A stretch of DNA of 64,000 bases from NCBI GenBank assembly GCA_963733635.1, contig CAVTEH010000003.1:352574-416573 (forward strand). Reading direction: 5' to 3'. The DNA comes from an uncultured Actinomycetota bacterium (GTDB lineage: Bacteria > Actinomycetota > UBA4738 > HRBIN12). This document shows positions 21,016-31,150 of this stretch, one piece after another. The notes under the pieces were generated by a model that saw only the letters and a program-made list of their open reading frames with translations, had not been told where the DNA came from and did not search any database. A program made the translations under genes and the position numbers. Within the stretch, counting starts at the first letter, position 1; each line of letters starts with the position of its first letter.

Positions 21016-21612
21016 TCACTTCCGAAGGAGCGTGACCCCTGCGGCAGCCATCTGTGCGAGCGCGCGCTCGCCGTCGCCCGCCTGCAGGTCGACCGCGCGC
21101 ACGGCATCGCCGATCAGGTGGACCGAGAACCCTTCGGCGAGGGCATCCAAGGCGGTCGCGAGCACGCAGTAGTCGGTGGCGAGCCCGGTGATCATCAGCG
21201 TCGTGATGCCGGCGTCGCGCAGGATCGCGGCGAGCTCCGTGGGCTCGGTCGCCTCGGTGGTGGGGTGTCGGGTCGTGAACCCCGAGTAGCCGTCCTGGCC
21301 GTCGACACCCTTGCGCACGACCGGTCCGTCCACCACCAGATCGGGGTGGAACTCGGCGCCCCATGTCTCGCCCACGCAGTGCACCGGCCAGATGCCCCCG
21401 TCCTTGGCGAAGTGCGGCGTGTCCGGAGGGTGCCAATCCTGCGTGTACACGACGAGCGCGCCCTGCCCCCGCGCCTCCGCGATCTCGGAGTTGACGAGCG
21501 GCACGACGGCATCGCCCCCGCTCACGGAGAGGCTGCCGTCCGGGTCGGCGAAATCGTTCTGCACGTCGACCACGATGAGCGCGGTCTGCGCGTCGTAGGA
21601 GATGCTGTCCAT
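21016..21612 (-). CDS. pncA: Nicotinamidase/pyrazinamidase (isochorismatase family)
   Basis: MDSISYDAQTALIVVDVQNDFADPDGSLSVSGG...ALVVYTQDWHPPDTPHFA...ITGLATDYCVLATALDALAEGFSV. The ORF-track upstream extension looks out of context. Confidence 0.8.
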   Translation of the reverse strand: MDSISYDAQTALIVVDVQNDFADPDGSLSVSGGDAVVPLVNSEIAEARGQGALVVYTQDWHPPDTPHFAKDGGIWPVHCVGETWGAEFHPDLVVDGPVVRKGVDGQDGYSGFTTRHPTTEATEPTELAAILRDAGITTLMITGLATDYCVLATALDALAEGFSVHLIGDAVRAVDLQAGDGERALAQMAAAGVTLLRK

Positions 21613-21652
21613 GACCGTCCGATGATAGCCACCACCGCCCAAGGGAGGAACT

Positions 21653-22038
21653 ATGGACGTCGCACGAGCGATCGACGGCACGTTCGAACAGGGGGACGAG
21701 GGTCGGTTCACCGGCGAGGTGTGGCTGCGCTCGGCCCTCGGCGACGAGGCCGGCACAACGATCGGGATCGTGCACTTCTCACCCGACGCCCGCACCCGGT
21801 GGCATCGGCACGCCACGGGCCAGTTCTTGTACGCGATCACGGCCGCGGTCGAGTGCGCACGCGCGGCGAGGTCGGCCACCTGCTGGAACCCGGCGACGTG
21901 ATCCACGTGGCCCCCGACGAGTGGCACTTCCACGGGGGATCGCGCACGGCACCGATGGTGCACGTGGCGGTGACCGGTGGCGCGGTGGAATGGGGCGAAC
22001 CCGTCACCGAAGAAGAGTTCGACGAGGGGTTCGAGTAG
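21653..22038 (+). CDS. Cupin-domain protein, apparent 1-nt deletion near 21849
   Basis: VWLRSALGDEAGTTIGIVHFSPDARTRWHRHATGQFLYAI then, in the second frame, GRGRVRTRGEVGHLLEPGDVIHVAPDEWHFHGG...EEEFDEGFE. A GGG to GG change would explain it. Confidence 0.55.
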
Positions 22039-22103
22039 CCCGAACCCTGCAAGAAACGAGACGTTCGGCGGATGCCCGGGGGACCCGACTGCCGTACGTT
22101 CGA

Positions 22104-22280
22104 ATGTCCATGAAGAAGCCGTCCACTCCTCACCAGCCTGAACCTCTCCGCGCTCCTGATCCGCGCCGAGTCCTGTGCACGGCGTGCGGACACACGGAGT
22201 TCGTTCATGGCGATCTGGACCGCAGGTGCCTCTACGCCGAGTGCGGCTGCAGCGCATTCACCCAGGGCGAAGTGGCCTAG
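22104..22280 (+). CDS. Small zinc-ribbon-like protein (CxxC...CxC)
   Basis: MSMKKPSTPHQPEPLRAPDPRRVLCTACGHTEFVHGDLDRRCLYAECGCSAFTQGEVA. Confidence 0.35.
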   Translation: MSMKKPSTPHQPEPLRAPDPRRVLCTACGHTEFVHGDLDRRCLYAECGCSAFTQGEVA

Positions 22281-22290
22281 CAGCCCGCAA

Positions 22291-23043
22291 CTAGGCGCTC
22301 TTCGTGGACGGCCCGCCCAGGTAGGCCTGGATCACAGCCGGGTCCTCCGCGATCCGACGCGGCGGCCCGACCGCGATCGTGCGCCCCTGGTCCAGGACCT
22401 GGATGCGGTCGCAGAGCTTCATGATGAGCCGAAGGTCGTGGTCGACGATGACGACGGCGCATCCGAGCGACGACCCTGATCCTGCGGATGTTCGCGAGCA
22501 GCTCGTCGGACTCCGATCTCGTTCATGCCGGCGGCGGGCTCGTCGAGCAGGATCAGCTTCGGACGGCGCACCACCGCTCGCGCGATCTCGAGCCGTCGCT
22601 GCATGCCGTAGGGCAGGTTCACGGCCTTCTCCCGCTGGACCATGCCGTGAGGCTGAACCACTCGAGCACCTCGTCGACCGAGGCCTCGTCCGCTGCCGGA
22701 CAGGGCTCGCGGCCTCGACGTTCTCGCGGACCGTAAGCTGGGCGAACAGCCGGATGTTCTGGAAGGTGCGCGAGAGGCCGAGCGCCGCGATCCGGTGGGG
22801 CTTGAGCCCGGCGATCTCGCCGCCCTTCGAAGCGCACCGTCCCCTCGGTCGGCGGGTAGACGCCCGAGATCACGTTCAGCAAGCGTGGTCTTGCCCGAGC
22901 CGTTCGGGCCGATCAGCCCCAGGATCTCGTCCTGGCGAACCTCGATGTCGACGCCGTCGAGCGCGGCGACACCCTCGAAACGCTTCGCGACCCTATCGCC
23001 CACCAGTACACGGGTGCCGCGGGGTCGCAACGGACGCGGCACC
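22291..23043 (-). CDS. livG: Branched-chain amino acid ABC transporter ATP-binding protein (LivG-like), frameshifted
   Basis: RFEGVAALDGVDIEVRQDEILGLIGPNGSGKTTLLNVISGVYPPTEGTVRFEG, LSGGQ-region, IILLDEPAAGMN, and C-terminus VIQAYLGG*, across frames. Confidence 0.65.
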
Positions 23044-24150
23044 ATCGTCGGGCCGATCGATCGACGCCGGCGGGAGACCAGTGCTCTCGAGCCGACCCGC
23101 CCGCCGGGCCGCCCGTGCCTCGGCGAGCCGCAGGCGTGAGCCGCCGCAGCAGGTCGTCGATCTCCCAACGATCGAAGATGCCCTCGGGTCGCACGATCAG
23201 CGTGACGATGATGAGCAACGCGATCACGAACTGCACCGTGCCGGTGATCTTGGGCAGCTCCCACGGGCCGATCGCGACGCCCTGCTCGACCCGCGCGAGG
23301 GTGTCGGTCAGGAACGTGACGATCGCCGCACCCGCCACCGCGCCGGTGAGCGACGTGCGCCCGCCGATCACCAGCATCGCGAGCAGGGCGAACGTGATCG
23401 CGAAGTAGAACTGGTTCGCGTTGAACGCGATCACGCTCTGGGCCCATAGCGATCCGGCTGCGCCCATCATCGCGGCGCTCAGCAGCCACACGCCGTAACG
23501 GGTCCTCACGACGTTCGTGCCGACCGACGCCGCCGAGAGCGGGTCCTCTCGCGTGGCGCGCAGGCGCAGGCCGGATCCGGACTCCTTGTAGAGGCGGCCG
23601 AGCACCACGAACGCCACCGCGGCGATCGCCGCCACGGTCAACGTCGTGCGCACCGGGACGCCGGCCAGGCCCAGGGATCCGCGGGTGTACGTCGTGGCGT
23701 TCTGGAAGAAGGTGTGCACGACGACGAGCAGCGCGAGCGTGGCCATCGCCATCGTCGACTCGGTCATGCGGATGATCGCCCCGCCGAAGACGGCGGCGAC
23801 GATCAACGCCACCACGGCGGACAGGACGACGGCGACCGGGAGGCCGAGGTCGGTGTTCGCGAGCACGGTCGGCAGCTCCGGGAACTGCGCCGCCTTCACG
23901 GTGCTCGGGATCGTCACCAGCGCCGTCGCGTACGCGCCGATCCCCATGAAAGCGACGTGGCCGAACGAGACGATGCCGCTGTTGCCGATGAACGTCTGGA
24001 GCGAGACGACCAAGCATCACGTTCACGAGGAACACGACGTAGGTGCGGCTCGAGGACGACGAGCCGAACGCCTGCACGAGCAGCATGCCGCCCGCGAGCA
24101 GCGCGCCGATCACGGCGCATCCCCACAGCGCCGGTCGCAGTCGGCCCGCG
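23040..24150 (-). CDS. livM: Branched-chain amino acid ABC transporter permease (LivM-like), frameshift near N-terminus
   Basis: VVSLQTFIGNSGIVSFGHVAFMGIGAYATALVT...NANQFYFAITFALLAMLVIGGRTSLTGAVAGAAIV...IVRPEGIF; N-terminal helix in another frame. Confidence 0.65.
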
Positions 24151-24160
24151 GGGATCACGA

Positions 24161-25054
24161 TCACACAGCCTCTGCCCGCTGGCCGAACAGCCCCTGCGGT
24201 CGGACGTACAGGACCGCGACGACGATCAGCAGCGAGGCCGCCTGCGCGTAGGGCAGGAGCGAGCCCGGCAGCAGGGCCTGCAGGAACACCTCGAGCGTTC
24301 CGAGGAAGAAGCCGCCGATCACCGCTCCTCGCAGGTTGCCGAGCCCGCCGATCACCGACGCGATGAACGCCTGGATCACCGGGACGAAGCCGGTCGTGGG
24401 GTTCGACCGAGGTGGTGCGTACGATCCACAAGCACGCCGGCGATGCCGGCGAGCAGTCCCGAGATCAGGAACGCGAGCGAGATCACGCGGTTCGCGCGCA
24501 CGCCCATCAGTCGAGCGGTCGTGAAGTCCGCCGAGGCGGCGCGCATCGCGAGGCCCGACCGCGACCGGCGCATGAACGTCGTGAGCGCCACCAACGAGAT
24601 CGCGCCGATCCCCGCGGTGATGATGCTCAGCACGCTGATCCGCACCGGTCCCGAGCTGGATCGCCTCGTCGAAGAAAGCCGGCACCGGGATGCCGCGCGA
24701 GCGGACCGACACGGCCTGGCGGAACGCCCCTTGGATCAACTGCGCCACCGCGAATGAGGTGAAGAGCAGCGAGACGAAGCTCGCGTCGCGCAGCGGCCGG
24801 AACGCCACGAGCTCCATCAGGACCGACGAGATCCCCGCCGCCGCGACGCCGACCAGCGCGACGACGATGAACGGCGCGCCCGCGTACGTCGCGGCCAGCA
24901 TCGAGTACCCGGTGATCGTGACGAGCTCGCCGTAGGCGAAGTTCAGCATGCCGAGCACGCCATAGACCATCGACAGCCCGAGCGCGAGCAGGGCATAGAT
25001 GCTGCCCAGCGACAGCGCGTTCACGAGCTGCTGCACGAACTCCGACGGGCTCAC
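24161..25054 (-). CDS. livH: Branched-chain amino acid ABC transporter permease (LivH-like), internal compensating frameshifts
   Basis: MSPSEFVQQLVNALSLGSIYALLALGLSMVYGVLGMLNFAYGE...native C-terminus IQAFIASVIGGLGNLRGAVIGGFFLG; the middle about 70 aa is out of frame. Confidence 0.7.
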   Translation of the reverse strand: MSPSEFVQQLVNALSLGSIYALLALGLSMVYGVLGMLNFAYGELVTITGYSMLAATYAGAPFIVVALVGVAAAGISSVLMELVAFRPLRDASFVSLLFTSFAVAQLIQGAFRQAVSVRSRGIPVPAFFDEAIQLGTGADQRAEHHHRGDRRDLVGGAHDVHAPVAVGPRDARRLGGLHDRSTDGRAREPRDLARVPDLGTARRHRRRACGSYAPPRSNPTTGFVPVIQAFIASVIGGLGNLRGAVIGGFFLGTLEVFLQALLPGSLLPYAQAASLLIVVAVLYVRPQGLFGQRAEAV

Positions 25055-25061
25055 GCCATCC

Positions 25062-25835
25062 TCACCCCGCCTGGCTGATCCCCAGGTAGGAGCGCTCCAG
25101 CTCGCCCTCCACCAGCTGGTCGGTCGGGCCGGACGCGACGACGGCGCCGACAGACAGCACGTAGGCGCGATCGGCGATCTCCAGCGCGCGGTGTACGTTC
25201 TGCTCGACGAGCAACACGGTGACGCCCTCGTCGCGGAGCTCCTGGATCAACTCGAAGATCCGATCGACGAAGATCGGCGCGAGGCCGAGCGACGGTTCGT
25301 CGAGCAGGAGCATGCGTGGCCGCGACATCAACCCGCGTGCGATGGCCAGCTGCTGCTGCTCCCCGCCCGAGAGCGTCCCCGCCGTCTGCGCCGCACGCTC
25401 CCCCAGGATCGGGAAGCGCGCGAGCCAGCGGTCGGCGTCGGCGCGGAGCTCGTCGCGATCGCGGCGCACGATGCCCCCGATCGTGAGGTTCTCCTCGACG
25501 GTGAGATCGGCGAACACGTGCCGCCCCTCCGGGACCAGCGCGACGCCACGACGCACCACCGCCTCGGGCGTGAGCCCCGTCAGCGTCGCGCCGTCGAAGG
25601 TCGCGCGGCCGTGCTGAGGCTTGTGAGCGCCGGCGAGCGTGCGCAGCAACGTCGTCTTGCCCGCGCCGTTCGGGCCGAGGGCGGCGACGATCTCCCCGGG
25701 AGCGACCGTGAGCGAGACGTCGCGGATCGCGACGACCGCCCCATAGGCGACCGTCAGGCCGTCGACGGCGAGCAGCGGAGGGGCGGCCTCGGCGGTCGCG
25801 GTGGCCGGCCCCTCCTCGCTCGATCCCTCGGACAC
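25062..25835 (-). CDS. livF: Branched-chain amino acid ABC transporter ATP-binding protein (LivF-like)
   Basis: LLAVDGLTVAYGAVVAIRDVSLTVAPGEIVAALGPNGAGKTTLLRT...LSGGEQQQLAIARGLMSRPRMLLLDEPSLGLAP; GTG start with a short N-terminal extension. Confidence 0.8.
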   Translation of the reverse strand: MSEGSSEEGPATATAEAAPPLLAVDGLTVAYGAVVAIRDVSLTVAPGEIVAALGPNGAGKTTLLRTLAGAHKPQHGRATFDGATLTGLTPEAVVRRGVALVPEGRHVFADLTVEENLTIGGIVRRDRDELRADADRWLARFPILGERAAQTAGTLSGGEQQQLAIARGLMSRPRMLLLDEPSLGLAPIFVDRIFELIQELRDEGVTVLLVEQNVHRALEIADRAYVLSVGAVVASGPTDQLVEGELERSYLGISQAG

Positions 25836-25837
25836 GC

Positions 25838-27068
25838 TCAGATCGCCGGGACGTAGTCCGGGAAGTCCGGCTGGCCGAGGCAGGTGAACTCGGTACCGTC
25901 CATCTGGATGAGGGCCGCGGGCTTGTTCGCGCGTCGGGTCTCCGGATCCATCACGAGGTGGCCCGAGATGCCCGTGGCGTCCAGGCTCGCGAGCTGCTCC
26001 GTGATCGCGGCCGGCTCGGTGCTCCCCGCGGCCTCGATCGCGTCGGCCACGATGTTGACCTCGTCGAAGCCGATCACCGCGACGTAGGAGCTCGGGTCCT
26101 CGCCGTTGGCCTCCGAGTAGTTGTCGTAGAACGCCTGCACGGCGGGGTCGCCCTCGGCGGTGCACACCGAGTTCGAGAACGTCAGCCCGTCGATCGCCTT
26201 CTGCCCTGCGTCGAGCAGCGCTGCGTCGGCGTTCCCGTCGGTGGACAGGACCGGCGTCGTGACCCCGGCCTGGCGAAGCTGACGCAGGAACACGACGCTG
26301 TCGGGGATGTACATCGGCGTGAAGATCGCGTCCGGCGCAGGGTCGACGTTCGCGATCTTCGTGACCGCGGCCGAGTAGTCGCCCGCCCCCAGCTTGTACT
26401 GGTCCGTGCCCACGACGGTGCCCCCGCCGTTCTCGAACGCGTCGCTGAAGAACTTCGGCAGGTCGCGGGTGTAGGGGATCTCGTTCGAGCCAAGGACGTA
26501 GGCGGTCTGGTAGCCCTCGCGCCAGCGCGTGCTCGGCGAGCACGGCCGCCTGGATGTTGTCGCTCATCACGAGCTGGTAGGCGCACTCGCCCATGTCGCC
26601 GACGAGCGTGGGCGCGGTGCCGAGCCCGGTCGAGATCGGTGTCCCCACGGCGCAGGCCACCTGGCCCTCGGCCAGGATGGCGTCGCCCACCGTGCCGATC
26701 AGGTAGACCGCGCCATCGTCGATCAGCTGCTGGGTCACCTTCGCGGCCTCGGCGACGTCGTTGCGCATGTCGACCGTCTGCAGCTCCAGCGGCCGGCCGA
26801 GCACACCGCCGGCCTCGTTGATCTGGTCCACGGCGAACTGCGCGCCCTCCTGCATCGGAACGTCGTAGAAAGCCCAGTCGGTCGACAGGTCGGCCGGGAA
26901 GCCGATCACGATGGGCTCACCCGACGCGGAGCCCCCGTCGGACCCGGTGGCGTCGCCACCACCGCCTTCGTCCGTGCTACACGCGGCACCCACCAGGGTC
27001 AACACGAATGCGAGTGCGATCGATCTCCTGAGCATCCCCTCAGCCCTCCCCAAGACGGTATCGGGCAT
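25838..27068 (-). CDS. Liv-type periplasmic substrate-binding lipoprotein (LivJ/LivK family), frameshift about 26430-26520
   Basis: Signal peptide plus lipobox LVGAACS. EPIVIGFPADLSTDWAFYDVPMQEGAQFAVDQINEAGGVLGRPLEL. C-terminal half in the 25838-26413 frame. Confidence 0.75.
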
Positions 27069-27179
27069 TCGTAGCCCTCACTCCCGAACCTGTCAAGCTC
27101 GTTACCGACTTCCCCTGTTCTGCGAGATAGGTAAGAATCCTGACCTGTTCAACCGCAGGGAGCGCAGCCGAGGGGAGGA

Positions 27180-28092
27180 GAGACGCACACGCACACGAGC
27201 GAGACGATCGGCGAGGAGATCCGCGAACGGCTGAATGAGATGACGCCCGCCGAGCGCCGGGTCGCACGCACACTCCTCGAGACCTATCCCACCGCGGGCC
27301 TCGAGAGCCTGCCGCAGCTCGCCGAGGGCGCCGGCGTCACCGGACCCACGGTGCTGCGATTCGTCCGCAAGATCGGCTTCGACGGCTACCCCGACTTCCA
27401 ACGTTCGCTCCGCCAGGAGGTGCAGGCGCGCACCGAGGGCCTCCCGTCGCTCTACCGGACCCGCGGCGGCACGCAGGACGACGACATCCTGCGTCGGAGC
27501 CACCAGGCGTTCACTTCGGCGCTCGATGCGACGCTGACGTCGGGCTCGCTCGAGCACGACCTCGCCGAGGTCGTGCGACTCGCTCGTCGACCCGAAGCGG
27601 CGGGTCTGGTTCGTCGGCGGGCGGTTCAGCCAGCTCGCGGCGTCCTACCTCTGCCTGCAGCTGCGTTTCCTGCGGTCCGGGTGCGCCGTCGTGGCGGACG
27701 AGCCGGAGGGTCGCCGCCTCGATGGGTTCGATATCTCGCGCCGGGACGTCCTGTGCCTGTTCGACTACCGGCGATACCAGCGGGACACGATCGCGGTGGG
27801 CCGGCGCGCGGCGGAGCGCGGCGCCGTCGTGGTCGTCTTCACCGATCCGTGGCTCTCGCCGGCCATCGAGCAGGCCCGGCACGTGCTGATCTCCCATGCG
27901 GACTCGGCCTCCCCGTTCGACTCCCTGCTCGGCGCCTTCGCCCTCACCGAGGTGATCGCCGCCGAGGTCGTCGTCGCGCTCGGCGAGACCGGGCGGGCGC
28001 GCGTCGCCGAGCTCGATGCCGCAGCCGACGGTCTGCATGAGCCCCTCGCCTCGCTTCGAGAGGTCGATCCGAAGGGTGCCGAGGCCGGATGA
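27180..28092 (+). CDS. MurR/RpiR-family transcriptional regulator (HTH_6 + SIS), one frameshift about 27600-27690
   Basis: MTPAERRVARTLLETYPTAGLESLPQLAEGAGVTGPTVLRFVRKIGFDGYPDF, then SIS-domain half in the 27691 frame. The start is probably a non-ATG codon upstream of 27240. Confidence 0.65.
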
Positions 28093-29462
28093 GCGCGACC
28101 GGCCCGCGACCGGCGGGCGCCGCCGCCGTGCAGGCTTGGCTCGAAGAGGCCGGGGTGCGCACGGTCACCCTGGGCTTCGTCGACTCCGCGTCGATCGTGC
28201 GTGCGAAGTCGGTGCCCATCCGCCGGTTCGAGGCGGCGGCCACGCACGGCATCGGCCTGTCGACGCTGTTCAACGCCGCGATGTCCAACGACGAGTTCGC
28301 GCTGTCGCCCGGTTACATCGACGGCCCCAGCGGCGACATCCGGCTCCGCGCGGACGCCGCGGCCACGGTGCCGCTCGCCGCCTCGCCCGGCTGGGCCTGG
28401 GCCCCGGTCGACCAGTACACGCAGGAGGGCGAGCCGTTCGCCCCGTGTCCGCGACGCTTCACGCGGCGCATGGGAGCCGCGATCGAGGAGCGCGGCCTCT
28501 CGGTGCGCGCGGCCTTCGAGTTCGAGTGCTCGATCGGGGTGCGGCGCGACGACGGGGAGTTCCAGCCCGCTCACGAAGGCCCGGGCTACAGCGACATCGC
28601 GCTCGTCCGCAACCACGACTTCGCCCTCGAGTTGATCGAGGCTGCCGAGGAGCAGGGCCTGGACCTGCAGCAGTTCCACCCGGAATACGCTGAGGGCCAG
28701 TTCGAGCTCTCGATCGGTCCGCGCGATCCGCTCGCCGCCGCCGATGCCGCGATGATCGTGCGCCAGGTCGTGCGGGCGGTCGCGCGCCGCCACGGGCTCG
28801 TGGTCTCGTTCGCGCCGCAGGTTGAGGCGGGGACCGGCAACGGCACCCATCTGCACATCAGCCTGTGGGAAGGCGAGACGAACCTGCACGCGGGCGGTGA
28901 CGGCGCCGCGGGCATGCACCCGCAGGGGGAGGCCTTCACCGCGGGCCTGCTGGACGAGCTCCCGGCGATCGTCGGCGTCACGGTGCCGACCGCGCTCGGC
29001 TACATCCGGCTGCAGCCGCACCACTGGTCTGGCGCGATGCGGTGCTGGGGTGTCGACAACCGTGAGGCCGCCCTGCGGTTCGTCGCGGGCACGGCCCACG
29101 GGACGGAGGACGGCGCGAACGTCGAGGTGAAGCCCGTCGACGGCACCGCGAACCCCTACCTCGCGGTCGGCGCGGTGCTCGCCGCGGGCCTGCACGGCCT
29201 CGACCAGGGGGGCCGCCTTCCGCCTTCGACCGAGGAGGATCCCGAGCGCCTTCCCGAGGACGTGAAGGCCGAGCGCGGCATCTCCCAGCTCCCCGGCTCG
29301 CTACCCGAGGCCGCTGAGCGCCTCGCCGGCTCCGCCGTGCTGCGCGAGGCGATGGGGGAGTTCCTGTTCGAGTCGTTCGTCGCGACCCGGCGGGGTGAAT
29401 CCGAGCAGTACGAGGGGCTGGACGAGGACGAGCTGATCCGCCGCCTGCGCTGGCGGTACTGA
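28089..29462 (+). CDS. Glutamine-synthetase-family ligase (GS catalytic domain; gamma-glutamyl-amine synthetase-like)
   Basis: Intact 457 aa; GS catalytic-domain pattern ...FDSASIVRAKSV...EFECSIG...NGTHLHISLW... Confidence 0.85.
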   Translation: MSATGPRPAGAAAVQAWLEEAGVRTVTLGFVDSASIVRAKSVPIRRFEAAATHGIGLSTLFNAAMSNDEFALSPGYIDGPSGDIRLRADAAATVPLAASPGWAWAPVDQYTQEGEPFAPCPRRFTRRMGAAIEERGLSVRAAFEFECSIGVRRDDGEFQPAHEGPGYSDIALVRNHDFALELIEAAEEQGLDLQQFHPEYAEGQFELSIGPRDPLAAADAAMIVRQVVRAVARRHGLVVSFAPQVEAGTGNGTHLHISLWEGETNLHAGGDGAAGMHPQGEAFTAGLLDELPAIVGVTVPTALGYIRLQPHHWSGAMRCWGVDNREAALRFVAGTAHGTEDGANVEVKPVDGTANPYLAVGAVLAAGLHGLDQGGRLPPSTEEDPERLPEDVKAERGISQLPGSLPEAAERLAGSAVLREAMGEFLFESFVATRRGESEQYEGLDEDELIRRLRWRY

Positions 29463-29498
29463 GCTGGGGCCGCGGCCCCGGAGAGGAAACCGACCACC

Positions 29499-30668
29499 AT
29501 GCCGATCGATCTCACGGGCGCGGACGTCGTCGACGCGCACTGCCATCCGTTCCGCACCCAGGACCTGCTCGACCGCGAGCCGCGAACCTGGGAGACACGG
29601 TGCATGTTCCTGGGCACGGCGCTGCTCTCCTCCAACCACGCCAACCTCGAGGCAGCCGCGTTCGTCGAGGAGCTGACCGAGTCCACGATGTTCGGGTTGG
29701 CGCTGCGCCGATGGATCGCGACACACCTCGGATGCGAGCCGACCAAGGATGCGATCGTCGCGGCCCGCGACGCGGCCCTGCGCGCCGATCCGACCGGCTA
29801 CGTGCGCGGCCTGCTGGAGTCCGAGCACGTCGTCGCGGTGGTGGCCGACGAGGGCTACCCCCAGCCGACGATCGCGCGCGCCGAGTTCCAGGAGGCGCTC
29901 GGCGGCGTAGCGGTCCACCGTGTGGGCCGGATCGAGCCGTGGATCGTCAAGGCGCGTGAGGAAGGCTCGTTCGACGCAGCCGCGCAACGGTTCGAGCAGA
30001 TCATGCGGACCGCCGCCGACGACCAGCTATTGATCGGCTTCAAGACGATCATCGCCTACCGCACCGGGCTCGACATCACCGATCCCTCGAGCTCAGACGC
30101 GTCCGCCGCGTTCGACCGCTGGCGCGCCGACGACTGGCGCGAGAGCCGCGAGCACGCGAAGCCGGTGCGCGACTTCCTGCTGCGGCGCGCGTTCGACATC
30201 GCCAAGGAGACCGACCGGGTGTTCCACGTGCACGTCGGCGCGGGCGACCCCGACGTGAACCTCACGCACGCCAAGCCCCAGGACGTGTTCTCGTTCTTCG
30301 TCGAGCACCAGGACCAGCCGATCCTGATGATCCACTCGGGCTGGCCGTGGGTGGCCGAGGCGAGCTACATCCCGACGGTGCTGCCGAACGTCTACATGGA
30401 CCTGTCCGAGCTGGTGCCGTGGGCCTGGGGACAGATCGACTGGTCGCTCGAGATGATCCTGGGCGCGGTGCCTGCCGCCAAGGTCGTGCACGGCTGCGAC
30501 GAGTCGTCCGAACCCGAGATGTTCCCGGTGTCGGCGCGGCTGGTCCGCCAGTCGCTGGAACGCGTGCTGGGCGCGTTCGTCGACCGGGACTTCCTGTCGG
30601 TCGCCGACGCCGAGCGGCTGGGCCGAGGCGTGCTCGCCGACAACGTGCGAGCCCTGCACGGCATCTAG
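29499..30668 (+). CDS. Amidohydrolase-2 family metal-dependent hydrolase
   Basis: Intact 389 aa; DAHCHPF..., HVHVGAGDP, MIHSGWPW, HGCDES (TIM-barrel amidohydrolase signature residues). Confidence 0.8.
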   Translation: MPIDLTGADVVDAHCHPFRTQDLLDREPRTWETRCMFLGTALLSSNHANLEAAAFVEELTESTMFGLALRRWIATHLGCEPTKDAIVAARDAALRADPTGYVRGLLESEHVVAVVADEGYPQPTIARAEFQEALGGVAVHRVGRIEPWIVKAREEGSFDAAAQRFEQIMRTAADDQLLIGFKTIIAYRTGLDITDPSSSDASAAFDRWRADDWRESREHAKPVRDFLLRRAFDIAKETDRVFHVHVGAGDPDVNLTHAKPQDVFSFFVEHQDQPILMIHSGWPWVAEASYIPTVLPNVYMDLSELVPWAWGQIDWSLEMILGAVPAAKVVHGCDESSEPEMFPVSARLVRQSLERVLGAFVDRDFLSVADAERLGRGVLADNVRALHGI

Positions 30669-31117
30669 TCGGACGTGCGATAGGCGAACGCGGCCGCACG
30701 CAGGCGCGACACGATCTTCTCGAGCGGGGCGTTCTTCTCGATGAAGTCCGCGGCGCCCATGAACTCGGCGAGGTCGCGAGCGTCCCCGCCGGAATGTGCG
30801 GTGAGGATCACGACCTGGGTCTTGGGCTCTCGTGCCTTGATCTGCACGGTGGCCTCGATGCCGTCGACCCCGGGCATCCGCAGGTCCATCAGGACGACCT
30901 CAGGATGCAGGGCCGCGACCTTCTCTCCGGCCTCGGCGCCGTTGCGGGCGTTCCCCACGACCTCGAAGCCGAAGGCGGGGAGGCTGTCGCGCAGGACGAG
31001 CGTGGTCTTCTCGTCGTCGTCGGCGATCAGCAGTCGGATCGGATCGTCGAGCACACCGCGGTCCGCCGACCGGCGGCCGGCCGGGTCCTCGGGAAGGTCG
31101 GGATTCATCGCTTGCAC
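30665..31117 (-). CDS. Single-domain response regulator (CheY-like receiver)
   Basis: LLIADDDEKTTLVLRDSL...EVVLMDLRMPGVDGIEA...VVILTAHSG. Confidence 0.8.
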   Translation of the reverse strand: MQAMNPDLPEDPAGRRSADRGVLDDPIRLLIADDDEKTTLVLRDSLPAFGFEVVGNARNGAEAGEKVAALHPEVVLMDLRMPGVDGIEATVQIKAREPKTQVVILTAHSGGDARDLAEFMGAADFIEKNAPLEKIVSRLRAAAFAYRTSD

Positions 31118-31150
31118 CTCGGTCGTCGTTTCGGCGACGCGGTTCCTCTG

